64,000 nucleotides of DNA from Eledone cirrhosa (Eukaryota): positions 32,426,001 through 32,490,000 of the forward strand of contig OZ024751.1 of assembly GCA_964016885.1 (NCBI GenBank), in the 5' to 3' direction. This document shows positions 44,827 to 61,716 of this stretch, piece after piece (positions within the stretch are counted from its first letter, which is position 1; each line of letters begins with the position of its first letter). The notes beneath the pieces are model-generated. The model worked only from the letters and a program-made list of their open reading frames with translations. It did not search any database and was not told the origin of the DNA. Both the position numbers and the translations under genes were made by a program.

Positions 44827-46202
44827 CATATATATACATATATATACGTATATATGAATATATATATATCTATATATATATGTATATATATATGTATACA
44901 TATATATGTCTATATATATGTCTATATATATATGTATATATGTACGTATATACATATATACATATATATACAGTGGTGAATGGCAAAAGATGTAAGATAA
45001 AAGCGTTAGCAACGGAGAATGAAAATGCTTTGCTCATGATTCGTGTAAAAACAATACGGGTCAGTTGATTGCCAAGATTCTCTGAACCATGCTTAACATA
45101 ACAACTCACATATATATATATATATATATATGTATGTATATATATATACATATATTACATACATACGTAGTATTCCAACATGCTTTCAAGGAACATATGA
45201 GTCAGGCATACGTTATGTAACGTTAAAAAGATTATAAAAGATTACAAAATGTTAGAATGTGTCTCCCATATACAATTTATTTCATATCGGATGAAATATT
45301 TTGGCTTTTTTTAAGGAAGGTATGCTATTGATTATATTGTCGTTAATTGTTATTGGTGTTATTAATGATATTGGTTTAATACATTTAACAGATTTTTAAA
45401 GAGGTTTTGGCATTATTGGTGTGGTGATTGAGATTATATTAGAATACATAATTACACGAATACATGCGCGCGCGGACACGCTTACACAGTGACCCACGCG
45501 TGGACACTCACAAACAAATAGATAGACACTTGCATACACGCTACATACCATCTGTTGTACACTTCCCCATACAAACTCACACAAATTGATAAACACGTAC
45601 ACACACACATACAGATTCTCGTCTATACAGACATTCACACTACACACACATTCACCCTACAAACTAATTCAGATATATATCCATATATGTACGAACATGC
45701 ACATGTATGTATACCTATATCGATATATACACTCCCGCACATACGCACACTCACATACATATATGCACATGCAAACATGTACACAATGCAAACAGAATAA
45801 AGTTGAGTTTGCATGTATTTTCTGATTCCCAAGACATGAACCATGCTGTCCAGTATTCATTTCCGGTCAGAGTTTTGACAACAGTCACTAAATCCATCTC
45901 TCGGTAAAGTCTCTCTCATTAACTTACTGTGGGATAGAGGATTGTTGGATGAGAGAGAGGGGGGTGAGGAGGATGAGAAGGAGGAGAAGGAGAAAGTGGG
46001 AAAAAGAGAAAAAGAGATTGAGAGAGAGTGAGGGAGTGTGAGAGAAAGGAAGAGGGTGTGAGAGAAAAAGATTGAGAAAATAAGAGAGCGGGGAAAGTGA
46101 AATGGAAATTAAGTGAGAAAAAGAGTTTAATAAGAAATGTAATGTGTAGGCATTGTTGTTTGTTTGTATGTATGAATATGTGTGTGTGTATGTGTGTGTG
46201 TG

Positions 46203-46286
<84 letters not shown>

Positions 46287-46698
46287 TTTGTGGAATTTGA
46301 TGGATAGAGAGAAAAATACTGAGAAACCGATTGAGAGAAAGACTGACAGTGTTAGCCAAGAGGTGTATGTATATATATGTTTGTCTGTGTGCGTTTGTGT
46401 TTGTGTATGTGTGGTATTAGATAAATAGAGAAAGAAAGATCGGGAAGAGTGAGAAGTGATTGAGAGACATAGAAAGAGGTCTTTCAAAGTACAATACATA
46501 GTGATTCAGCATATCAACACCGTGATATCTGACTGACTCTTATCTATAATTCTAAAATGATAAATGAGATGGATGATACTTCATATACATGATGTCAGTT
46601 TATTTTTCCCGAACGCTGCTTGGAATAGAATTCCGTGAACGGGTCTTTATTCGCTTCATGAGTATAATCTGACGAGTAATGCTATATGCTGCATGAAA

Positions 46699-46758
<60 letters not shown>

Positions 46759-47541
46759 TTCGTTGATAGATAAATAAGTAACAATGTGTATGTTGAAAAG
46801 AAACTTGAACGTATGTCTGGAGTATTACATAATTTTAAAGTCTGCATTCAGAAAGAATTAGGGACATTCTGCTTATCAACACAAGATCACGTAAGGGTAT
46901 ATATCCTCCTTTGTGTGAAACTTAGACTAAGATATTTTAACTTGGTTAAGTTTTATCTTCCAGAAAAGATATAATATCCTCTCATCACTTGCAATGACTT
47001 AAACTTGTTCTCAAAACGAAAACTAGAGATACATAATATAACTAGCTGGCTACTAAATTATTTATCAAAGAAGCGAGAAAAGGATATGCTTTAGACAACC
47101 ACGTAAATGTCGGTTATATGCTTTAGACAACCATATAAATGTTGACTATGCCAAATGTTGTTGTTATTGATGCTCTTGTTATTGTTATCATTTACCACTA
47201 GATCAACCCTGAGCAGGTATACCTATAACAACATGTGCTCTAGCTATGATACATTTTGTTTCTTTTCGTGCGTTTAAGGCTATATTATTCCAATGTGATG
47301 ATTACGTTTTCTAAAGACAGTAAGATATGATTATGACAGATATTTGACGGATATTTATAGCAACATATGCGGCCAAGTAGAGACTTCTCATTCGGGGCTA
47401 TATTAAATTTATTGTGGAAGATGTGACGTAAATAATCAACCACAGTGTCATTCAGATATTTAACTGGTTTACCTATTGTTTCCGTTATATACAACCTAAA
47501 CTATTTGAGTTAGCGATTATATTGAAATGAAACACGAAAAG

Positions 47542-47596
<55 letters not shown>

Positions 47597-47888
47597 TAAT
47601 AATAATAATAATAATAATAATGAACATAATGGAAAATAAAAGAAGTAAAAAAAAATATTGGAGTTATATATATCTAAACTATTTGGGCCATTTCCTTCGA
47701 ACAATGCATTTGAATGCAAAAAAAAAAAAAAATTAACGAGCGCAAAAGCAATACGGAGATTTCTTGCAATTGGAAAGAGAAGTAGAAATAAACGATCCAT
47801 AAAAATTTGGTAAACGAAGAAGAAAATGAAGGAAAAATCTGTAAGCAATGCATGTATTTATATATATATGTATATTTATTAGACTTAC

Positions 47889-47900
47889 CAGGCCGAGATT
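47889..47900 (-). CDS. FLN: Candidate 12-nt filamin microexon (adds ESRP in hinge 2)
   Basis: Minus strand: ttttcttcgctatgtttcttgcag|AATCTCGGCCTG|gtaagtct; frame-preserving, phase 1-1, no stop. Confidence 0.6.
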
Positions 47901-48118
47901 CTGCAAGAAACATAGCGAAGAAAATATGAAATATTTACGACGGGTTCATGTAAAACTTTGAATGGAGACTTGCTTTCTTTCCATTCCGTTGCATATATGT
48001 GAGAAACAATGTCATGCTATATGTTTTTGATAAGAAAATTATCAAAACAAAATGGATTCTCCAAGCATTTCAGCCGTAAAACTATGCTGGATGCGCAAAG
48101 GGAATCCTACTTTTGAGA

Positions 48119-48173
<55 letters not shown>

Positions 48174-48405
48174 TCTATGTGTATAGAAATGTATGCATAT
48201 TCGGTAAAGCTGCAGGAAGTTGATGGCATTAGTCAGTACCTACACCTGTCGAATCGAAAATAAACATGGTTGTTTTGGTGTTACTTTAAAAAATGCAAAC
48301 CACTTTTATAGTTAACGGGAATGTTCAAGAATGAATAATTTCGATTATATAAATAATATACAACTGCGCCAATATAATGTGCCAGCAGGACATTTCCGTA
48401 ATATA

Positions 48406-48461
<56 letters not shown>

Positions 48462-48486
48462 TGTATATATATATATATATACACCC

Positions 48487-48558
<72 letters not shown>

Positions 48559-48578
48559 GTGTATATATATATATATGG

Positions 48579-48632
<54 letters not shown>

Positions 48633-51600
48633 GTGTGTATATATATATATATATATACATATATATAATTTCCTCTTGTCACACCAAACAAAAACTTTAA
48701 ATGTCTGCACTTCCTTTCCAAGAAACCTGTCACAAAACTAAGACTTATCTCACGATTGCACACCACGACTTAGGGGAAACATTCTTGACGGCTCTAGTCC
48801 TCTATATTACTAATTGTAAGATTTTTTAACAGAGTTTTATTACAGCAGTCTACCTTCTTTACACTGGGGTATTAGAACCTCTCACAAGTACATGTATTAA
48901 AACCACCTATCATAATTAGACAAAGGAAAACAGGCAGCACAGATGTTCATTTACAGCGTTTCGAAGACTGCTGGGAGGAAGCTAAGGAAGTGATAGTTAA
49001 CCAGAGATCATTAGCCAGGGAACACTAGCCAGAGGTCATTAGCCCGAATACTTGCAAGAGAGTGGTCTCTGGTGGTTGGGTTAAACCGAGCGATGGATTA
49101 AGTCTAGGACTTGCGTAAGTACTTTGTGTATTTGTGTATTCACCATTAATAATTAAAATACAGAATAGTTTATATTTATTTTTACATCGATTTTATCTGA
49201 ACTACATTTCTATCATCTTCGGATGTAGGTTCAAAACTCAGTGCTTTCATTGCTAACGAGAATCAGTTGAATAGAAGAAAGAAAAAGAATTCAGAAGAGA
49301 GAAAAGATACGACAAATGGAAGGATTGGCAATAATGAATGTTTATCAATGAAAGAATGAATTTTGAGTTGACATCAAAAGATAGACAGTGATTGCTACCA
49401 TCTATGTTCGTGATTACTTGGTTGGTATAACGTTAGATTTGATAGTAATGATATATTAGTAAATATTGAATGTGGCAGACACATAATGATGTACAACACT
49501 TAGATACAGATTTTATGTAGCAGCGCATTAATTACATATGTTTTAAGTGTAACATATTAAAATTGAGGGGAGTAGCGGCACAACGAAACGTTGCTTGACT
49601 GTGACGCGTTTATTTATTTTATTTTATTTTCCATCGCATATTATAAACACTAGCGTCATTGGTTACAGGATTCCTGTGAATTAATCACTGGATCATTACA
49701 TTTCCAATAGTGAGATTGACAGCAGATTGTCCACGCAACTTGAGCGGCGGATCAAATATTACGTAAAGGAGGTTAATTCGAAAGCACCGGTTTGTTGGGT
49801 TCCTCGCCGGTGTTTGCTGTTTTCACTAATATATATCCACATAAGATGGACGCTTAACCAAAGTGCCGCACAGTAGAATCGAACCTGGAACACGTGTTTG
49901 AAAAGCGAACTCCTTAATCACACAGATACGTTTGCGTTTTAATGTAGGTTAGATGAAGTGTATAAGAACACATATTAAAGGGTTTAAAGGTGACACATAA
50001 TATAGTTTCGTTGTATTACATTAATTGTAGTTTTATAATGTAGGATTTTAGATATATTGTCTTAAGTAGAAGTGATACAGTAGAAAATATATTTATATGC
50101 ATTAAAATGCAGTTTTATAACGTAGATTTTCTCTGTATCATTATATTAATACACAGAGTTGATACAGTAGAGAGATAAATTGAAATATGGCACGTTAGAA
50201 TATATCTTAATAACGCGCCGTTTGTGCCATATTATATTATAATGTACATCTGATATAGCATTAGCTAGATTCAGATCAGATATATCACGTTAGAATATAG
50301 TTTTGCAGTGTTTAATGTATAAGTCACATAAGGAAGAATTGAAGCATTATATAATAAAATCAGATGTGACACTTTAAATTTTAATATACATGCGAGCCAC
50401 TTGGATACAGTTTAAAGTTGGCACAATAAATCCGGAAACGATTCGGCTCATTTGCATAAATTTAAATATACTTAATTTTCTATTGATCGGTAGTGCGAAA
50501 AATGATATTAACGTCAGAGTATCTAATTTCCTAGTAAATTGTTTAAGTTTTATTGCAGGGAAATGTGAGATAAATATTTGGTTCTGATGCAATCATGAGA
50601 TGAGGTTAGTGATGATTGACTTTCAAAATCAAAGAAATAATAAACTTTGATAACGAATACTGAAAGAGAAGCAATGAGAGAAGTGATGAAACTAGGCTTG
50701 TTTGTAAGACAACATTCGATGAATGTCAACAAGTAATGGAAAAATAATCATGTGATAAATTGTCGAATTTTCAAGAGAGAGAAATGGAGAGAAAAAAATG
50801 AAAAATTGTAGAACTGTTGCATAATAATGTAAATGGAAATGAAAACAAATTTCTGCAATTGACTGAAGGGCAGGAATATGTGTGAACTGTCATCTGGTGT
50901 TTCTTCGATTCCGGTAGGAGATTGTGTGAAAAGTAGGACTCTGGGAGGTTTAGTTTGAGACACAGAGCTGGTGGGGAAAATAATTGAAGAAAATGGTGTC
51001 AACGAAAATAAGAAAATTAGAAAATCAAAATCAAAATAAAATCAAACAAAATAAAATAAAATAAAATACAACAAAATTGTTAAAAGAAAAAAAAAATAAC
51101 AAAAAATACGACAAAACCATATTTTAAAAAAAATGCTTCAGCTTTTTCACAAAATTAAGTACGGATCAATAATTTAGTCTTTTTTTTTTGGGGGGGGGGG
51201 GGATTTTTAGCTATATAATTTTTTCTTACAATATTTCGATCGTTTTAGTCTTTCTTTGTATTCTGGTGTAATCTTATTTGTGTAGCAATTGACGCAGGCA
51301 AAGTTGAAAGGTTTAAAAGATCGCTTCAAAATCATGCAGTTTTGGGTTTTATCCCACTTTCTGGCTTCTTTGGAAAGTCTTATTTACCATAGTTTCAAAT
51401 CGACCCTAGCCAGAGTAGTGAATTTGGGTGGTCGGAAACTATGCGGAAGCCCGTCTATAATTCATGTCCTGACATGTTACATACTGTCATGTTACCACGT
51501 GTCTGTGGAATATTCTAGACTGTACCTGTAATTCAAAGGTCCAGCTTTGTCACATAATTTGCCACGCAGAATCTCCCTGAGAGGTATGTTACGTATACAC

Positions 51601-51926
51601 GTGCCTGTGAAATACACAGCCATAAGATCCAGCATTCGCCATGTTGGTTTAACCTGAGAATAATTTTCGAGGATTCACATGCCTGCGAGATACTCAGCCA
51701 TATACAATATAGTACAAAATGGACTGTATCTGTAATTCAAAGGTCAAGCCAAATGAAAATGTGTCGTGATGATTCAGCGTGAGTGTTTATAACGTTAATG
51801 AAAGGCAGACACTCAGAAAATAAGGGAGTGAAAGAATTTGAGAAGAAACCTCACACAATTAGTAATTATGAAGTCAACAATCCAAAATATGCAAAACATC
51901 GACAAAAAATATAAATAATAATAATA

Positions 51927-52103
51927 ATTGTTTCTACTTTCGGCACAAGGGCAGCAATTATCTCAGCGTATTACTGGTACTTTATTTTATCGACCCCGTA
52001 AGGATGAAAGGCAAAGTTAACCTCGGCGGGATTTGAACTCAGACCGTAAAGGGACGTAACTATGCTAGAAATCATGGTTACGTCCCTTTACGGTCTGAGT
52101 TCA
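51927..52103 (-). mobile_element. Nin-domain SINE with a fold-back 5' end
   Basis: SINE body at 51927-52070; perfect 27-bp inverted repeat at 52034-52060 and 52077-52103. Confidence 0.8.
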
Positions 52104-53098
52104 TAATAATAACAGTGGTTTCCAATTTCGGTAAAAGGCAAAAAAAGGTTTTTGTTTTAAGAGGCGGTAGCTTAATCGACTAAATCAACCCTATTTCTAA
52201 GACGTCAAGTTAAAACTAAATACATCTCCGTTAGTTTCCCTTTGAGTATTCAATTGATCATCAACCGAAATATTTACTCAAAGAATTAGTGTATAAGAGA
52301 CCAACGATTTAACAGACACGTGTAACCTTAACGAGTCATAGGGCAGAATCAGAGGGACGTTATGTGTAACTAATCTGGCTCTTATATTAAAGGTATACTC
52401 CACACAACGAGCTTCCACGCACTTTCCGTGTACCAAATTTTTTTCATATAACATGGATCAATCCGAGTCTATAGTAAAAGACATTGCCCAAGATGCCATG
52501 CATTGCGAAGCAAACGTTTAAACCATTCGGCCATGCAGTTTCCATCTAAATAGTAATTACCAAATAAACTAAATCTTGAGTGATTTACTGCTACATTAAG
52601 TTTTATACCCCAAATCTATATCGTGATGGTGGAATTATTTAGCTAATATCATCGGGCTATCATTGACAACATCTTGTGTCATAATTGGAGAAATTAACCT
52701 ACGATAGACTAGCGTATCTTCCAGTAGAGTGAGCTGTCTCACATTCTCGAATTTATATAAAGTTAAACTATAGTTAAAGGGCGATTTGGCAGAGTCGTTA
52801 GCTCGTCGGTTACAATACCTTGTAGTATTTGTCCCGGCTTTCTACAATCTGAGATCAAACACCACTAAAGTTACCGTTTCCTTTTCTTATTTTGGAGACG
52901 ATGAATATAATACCAGTTTAGCATTGTATGGGGTTGACTCGCCTCTCTCTCTCTCACTGTCTCGAAGATAGTAGCCAAACAATTTACATGTACTTTGTTT
53001 GGGACATGTTTATAGTACTTTTCCGTGTACCTTCCTACTGTTTATTATTACTGCTGTTGTTGTTGTTGTTATTATTAAAGAAAGCATTATTATTATTA

Positions 53099-53168
<70 letters not shown>

Positions 53169-53170
<2 letters not shown>

Positions 53171-54388
53171 TTTGAGTCTCAGTCGTTGATGTTATTTAAC
53201 TGGAAAGTTTGTTGAAATGAATATCAAGCCGCTACCTGCAGCCTAAGATATTCAGGACATATCGGAGGGTTCTTGTTGTTCCCAGCAAGCATGCCTTTTG
53301 AAGTGTTCCAAAAAACGGGGCTGGACTAATCTTCTTTAACCATCCTTGGAAACTCTTTGAGACAATCGGGACGACCTTGATTTCATGGCAGTTCCAAATC
53401 CTTTTTAACTCCCACTTTAAGTCCTGGTATCGGTTAATTTTCTCCCTCTCCTTTTCTTGCACTCTCGTGTCAAATAGGCGGGCTACATCTAGAATCAGGC
53501 ACGATCTTTTTTCCTTGTCCAAAACCACCAGGTCAGGCCTATTGTGTTCTAATTTCTTGTCCGTCTGTATCCTAAAATCCCATAGCACCTCCACCTGATC
53601 GTTTTCTATCACCGACTCTGGCTTATGCTCATACCACTTCTCAGAATGTGGTAAATTGTTTACTTTGCATAGATGCCAGGGGATCACTCTGCCTATCACA
53701 TCATGTCTCCAGCCTTTATAGTGAGTCTGGGCTAGGTGTTTACACTCGGATACAATGTGAGTCACAGTCTCCTCTCTCTCTCTCCACAGATCCTACACAG
53801 TGGGCTAGCCTCCTCCTTGTAAATATGGTGTTTCACCCACTTCCTTCTGAGGGCCTGCTCTTGCGCAGCCATTAACATTCCTTCTGTAGCTTTTTTAAGG
53901 TCTCCTCTTTTCAACCAGTTCGATATCTGTGGATATCTAAATTCAGTTTTCTTAAAGAAGGTACTATGAAGGGATTTTTCATGAAGGTTGCTCTTCCTCC
54001 TTGTTGTTATTTCCTCATTGGACATCCCCTGGTCTATTGTCTTCTGCTTCAGTACAATTTTGAGAATTGGCTCCCTACTGTCAGTCACGTATTTGTGCAG
54101 GTTGTTTTTCTCAATCTGAACACAGTCCTCTATGCTGATAAGACCTCTTCCACATTCAGATCTCTTTAAGTAGAGTCAATCGACATCACTCCTCTTGTGA
54201 AACATGTTGTAGATAGTCAATAGCTTCCTAGTCTTCCTATCCATTTCTTTTTGTTCAGCAACATTCCATTTCAGAATTCCCGCACTGTACCTAATAATAG
54301 ACATTCCTACTATTGACATTCCTACTATTTAGATGTGATTTTAATACGCTCCTTACTCTCCTTATGTACTCAGATCTTATCAATTCCT

Positions 54389-54390
<2 letters not shown>
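53169..54390 (-). mobile_element. 5'-truncated R4/Dong-like element inserted in (TAA)n
   Basis: WLKRGDLKKATEG..AAQEQAL, CRIC, HIVSEC, RHD, LWDFRIQTD..NRPDLVV..ILDVA, KY.DL; (TAA)n on both sides. Confidence 0.88.
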
Positions 54391-54420
<30 letters not shown>

Positions 54421-54625
54421 TGTTGTTGTTGTTTTTGTTGTTCTAGTTTCTTGTATCATTGTAACCACGACACTATCGTCATTAGTATTACACAGAATAT
54501 GTAGAATCGTTTTAATTGTCCAAAATAATGAGATATGTAAAAGAAAAACCAAGAAAACAAAAAAAGTGAAAACATTTCATAGAAATTATAATAACAGATT
54601 GCACAAGTAAATATAAATACATACA

Positions 54626-54716
<91 letters not shown>

Positions 54717-54837
54717 GATACATAGATAGATATATAATATATTATATATGAGTATGTATATATTGACAACATACTTTCATACACATATTTAATGGACAGA
54801 TTATACTAATGGACAGATCTCTCTCTCTGTACACACA

Positions 54838-55012
<175 letters not shown>

Positions 55013-55487
55013 GGGGACAATACATAAAAAATATAAGTTGAGTGGTTAAAACACTATCACATGACAGCATAACTGTGCATTTCTCGTTGTCGTGTTCACC
55101 ACATTGACTGAAGCATTAGTAGAGAAACATAGTAATAATAATAATAGTAACAACAATAATCATAATAATAGTTATAATAATAGTAATAGTAATAATAAAA
55201 ATAAGAGTTATAATAATAACTGTGTTGTTATACTTGAACAAAGTAAGGAGGCTGCACAGAGGCGTATTACACAGATGCGTTACAGTCAAGGTTTATCGCA
55301 GCTAGCATATGTCAACAGCATCATCATAATCATCATTCTCATACTTATCATCATCATCATCACGAACATTTGATTCTTACGATTATTATTATTAGTGACG
55401 TCACATATTCATATTTTGTTTATGAAGCGATATTTACCGAGATCGACAAAAAATACACTGAGATATTTGTAACAGCGGCACATACAC

Positions 55488-57989
<2,502 letters not shown>

Positions 57990-58451
57990 TTGTATATACA
58001 TATATATATATAAAGATGTGTGAAACAAAACAAAAACAAGACGAATCAATAACTAAACAAGTATAAAAAGCACAAAGATGATAACAGCAATATGAAGAGC
58101 ATCAAAAGTCTGGCTGCGTTCTCATTTTCATCTGGTGTCAGATGGACGGACTCACCTACTAGAATAGCAAACGTATCAGAATATAAAACAATAATAATAA
58201 TAATAATAATTGGTTTCTGATAACGTTTTCAATAATACCTGAAAATCTGAAAATATTGTTAAAATTGTTTGAGTGATTGTGGAATATATTGTAAATCTCA
58301 GATGAGGTCGCTAGTCCAATACATTTATGTATATCAGATATTCCGCTAACACCACAGAGTACCTCAGTCGTAAACACTAACAATAACCATATTGTCAAGA
58401 ACAAAAACACTCATACACACATAAATGTATTAAGTAAATGAAATGTGTGTA

Positions 58452-58492
<41 letters not shown>

Positions 58493-58914
58493 TTGTCAAG
58501 ATATGATGAACAACCGATCGATAGTTTAGATTCTAACTACATTTCACACTTTTGGGTCCATGTTGATAGGAGATTTAGGTGAACACCCTGAGGCCTTTTC
58601 CATTATCATCAACACCACACCCAGGCCGATAATAGGCTCACACGAGATATATAATGTAAGCTTCTAAAGTCAGTAGTAGAACCCAAGCAAAATGTGAAAT
58701 GTATGCTCTATTTTAGAATGTTCATTGTGTTTTAGTAAGCCGTGGCATATATATATATAAATATATATATATCCTCACAACGAGGACATGAGGTGAAACT
58801 CTTTGCTATACTGGCCATGGAAGCAGAGATCAACTCACCGTTGGTAAACTGTGCTTGGCTCGTGATTGAAGTCTTGGCGCTCCGTAGTCGCTCAGTTATT
58901 AAAAGTACTACTAT

Positions 58915-58953
<39 letters not shown>

Positions 58954-59609
58954 GATCAGTTGAGTTCATCATAATGTGCCAGCTCGTGAAGTGAAATGGA
59001 AGAAAGTCGTGTTACTATAGAACCAAATAATTGAATATACATTTAAACTTTATATACAAACTAGTGAACCAACAGGAGAAATATGCAAATATACATCTGA
59101 CACAAAACACAATACAGCATTAGAAACAAGGATTTCTATATAAGAAAGGATTTCTATATTTGCTCGAAAATATGTTTGTTACTACGAATATATATATTTT
59201 GAAGGGAAGCGATATATAATTTTGAATACTGTGGATAAGTTGAAAATAAGACTTAAATAATCCGAAATAACAATATTTCGGTTTCAATATTGGAATGATT
59301 ATTGGTAGGCTACAGCATTCAAACATAATTTTTCGGCAATTCTGGATATCCATCCTTATATAGAGGGTGGCCCATAAATATATGTACCATTTTAAAATTG
59401 TAATATCTTTCTTTTCACCAATAACATATTTTCAAAATAACAAATAAATTATTCGTAAAAATTGTTGATAAAAATTTAAATGGTTAAACTATTTATAAGA
59501 CACATTTTGTGCATATATATATATATATATATATATTAAGACCAGAGAACGTCTGTGTGAAAATATAAATTGTATAAATAAATAGAATGCAGTGTGTGTA
59601 TCTACTCAC

Positions 59610-59825
59610 CGGTAACTTCACATAAGAATGGACTGCCAGCAATAGGTACACCACCATACTTCACGTTGATCATGTATTTTCCAGCAACAGGTGTGCAATG
59701 GTTGAACTCATAGCCATCATCGACTTCTTTACAGCTGAGAGCAACCTTTGATGGACCCTCAAAAATAATGGCTAACAAACCGGAACCGGAACCGGCTGTG
59801 CGCACAAGGAACTTATTTTTGGTAC
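59610..59825 (-). CDS. FLN: Filamin exon (Ig repeat ~23)
   Basis: gtatag acceptor, gtgagt donor, 216 nt, phase 1-1: (G)TKNKFLVRTAGSGSGLLAIIFEGPSKVALSCKEVDDGYEFNHCTPVAGKYMINVKYGGVPIAGSPFLCEVT(G). Confidence 0.95.
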
Positions 59826-60083
59826 CTATACACATCAGAGAAAATTGTAAAATGTTACAAATATATATAGAAAGAGAGAGAGAAAGAGAAAGCGAAAGAA
59901 GAAAGAGAGGGAGAGAGGGAGAGAGAGGGAGAGAAGGAGAGAGAGAGAGAGAAGGAGAGAAAATAAATTCTGACAGATAGATTGACATAGTATTATGTTC
60001 ATTATATGGTATATATAAAAGATTCATGGGCTCTGCTCTTCTGAGTAAACTATTATTTTAAAAAAAACTGATACACACACACA

Positions 60084-60170
<87 letters not shown>

Positions 60171-60471
60171 ACACACATATACATATATATCCACAGATAC
60201 AAACACACACTTGATCGATTTATAAGTTCAACTATTTGATATAAGTTATTCGCCAACGAGATTTTCAATCATATTTTCTTGAATGAAATGGCGGGATAGA
60301 TTTACAGCTTTGGTGGCACTAATAATCCTCCATCAAGAACAGAAAAATTATTTTATAGAACACCCATACACAAGTAAAAAAAAAAAATTCAAATGCTGAA
60401 AGAAATCAAACTCCAATTTCAAATATTGTTTTACTGGAATTTTAATCGAAAGATTAATGGGTATGACGTAC

Positions 60472-60760
60472 CTGTTTTACCAAAATCGAGACCATCGCCA
60501 GAAGCGTGGAGCATAGCTGGGTCAGCAGCGACAGATCCAACCATCATTGCAAAAGGACTGTCAGGAATATGGGCTTCATTTAGTCTGATATCCACATAAT
60601 AGATACCATTTTCTCTAGGAATGACACGAACAGCGTACACTCCTCGGTCAACTTCTTCCATAAAGCAGTCCTCAGTTCCTCCACATGGTGTGTGCAATGT
60701 GCAGTTAAGGTTACCTGTTGCTCCGTTCAAGTTCACACTGAAAGAAGATGGCTTGTCCAC
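60472..60760 (-). CDS. FLN: Filamin exon (Ig repeat ~22 to start of 23)
   Basis: ttcaaag acceptor, gtacgt donor, 289 nt, phase 0-1: VDKPSSFSVNLNGATG...YAVRVIPRENGIYYVDIRLNEAHIPDSPF...GLDFGKT(G). Confidence 0.95.
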
Positions 60761-60799
60761 CTTTGAAGAAAAGAATAAACGAAAAATTATCAATAATAA

Positions 60800-61221
60800 T
60801 GGTTTCTTATATAGGCACAAGGCCAGCAATTTTGAGGGAGGGGAAAGTCGATTAAAATTGACCCCAGTGCGTGACTTTATTTTATAGACCCCGTAAGGAT
60901 GAAAGGTAAAGTTAACCTCGGTAGGATTTGAACTCAGATCATAAAAGGCCGTAACTCTATGCTGCAAAGCATGGTCTCTAATTCTCTACCGATACTGTCA
61001 ATCCACCACCCTTTGTTTCTACTTTAGGCACAAGGCCAGCAATTTGGGGAGGGGGAAGTCGATTAATTCGACCCCAGTGCATTACTGGTGTTTTATTTTA
61101 TCGACCCCGTAAGGATGAAAGGCAAAGCTAACCTCGGCGGGATTTGAACTCAGAACGTAAAGTGCCATAACTCTATGCTGCGAAGCATGTTGCCCGACGC
61201 TGTATCGATACTGCCAATCCA
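60800..61221 (-). mobile_element. Two tandem Nin-domain SINEs filling most of a 508-nt filamin intron
   Basis: Copies at ~60800-61005 and ~61013-61221, each with the gaccccgtaaggatgaaagg core and gatttgaactc B box. Confidence 0.85.
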
Positions 61222-61268
61222 CATAAGTATGGAAGGTTGAAGATAATTAATTAATGAAGGATTTCTAC

Positions 61269-61399
61269 CTGGAGTCCTCTATCTTTGAAAGCATGAACTT
61301 CCACCATCTTAGCTTCAACGCTATCAGGAGTAATGTTGACTTTAAATGGCGACTGAGGGATGTGTTCGTCACCGAATTTGATGTGGACACCGTAGATAC
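61269..61399 (-). CDS. FLN: Filamin exon (end of Ig repeat ~21)
   Basis: gtaacag acceptor, gtagaa donor, 131 nt, phase 1-0: (G)IYGVHIKFGDEHIPQSPFKVNITPDSVEAKMVEVHAFKDRGLQ; absent from the ORF track. Confidence 0.93.
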
Positions 61400-61716
61400 C
61401 TGTTACACAAAGAAGAGATAAATATTTGAAACAATTCGGCAGAAATTAGCTTATGTTTATAGATATATGTAAACATTTTCCGATTAAATTAATTAACATT
61501 TATAAACCTGTGTAAGCATTATAAAAGGGCTATGTTAACATTTTACAACATTTTTAAAGGAATCTTAACAGTTTTGAAATCTGTAAAAATGTTTAAGAAG
61601 ATAACACATAACATATGTAAAAACTACAAAGGTGTACTAAAAAAATCTGTCAACGTTTGTGTATATATATATATATATAATATATAAGATCAAAAGATGG
61701 TTAAATGAGTTCCATG

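Noticed and set aside
45918-45960. Minus-strand cccacAGTAAGT after a long pyrimidine tract as an exon boundary
   Set aside because: Ambiguous between donor and acceptor (the latter gives Val-Ser-stop); the pyrimidine tract is simple CT repeat; no supporting partner site
48690-49240. Possible solo LTR
   Set aside because: No clear TG...CA ends, TSD or second copy in the window
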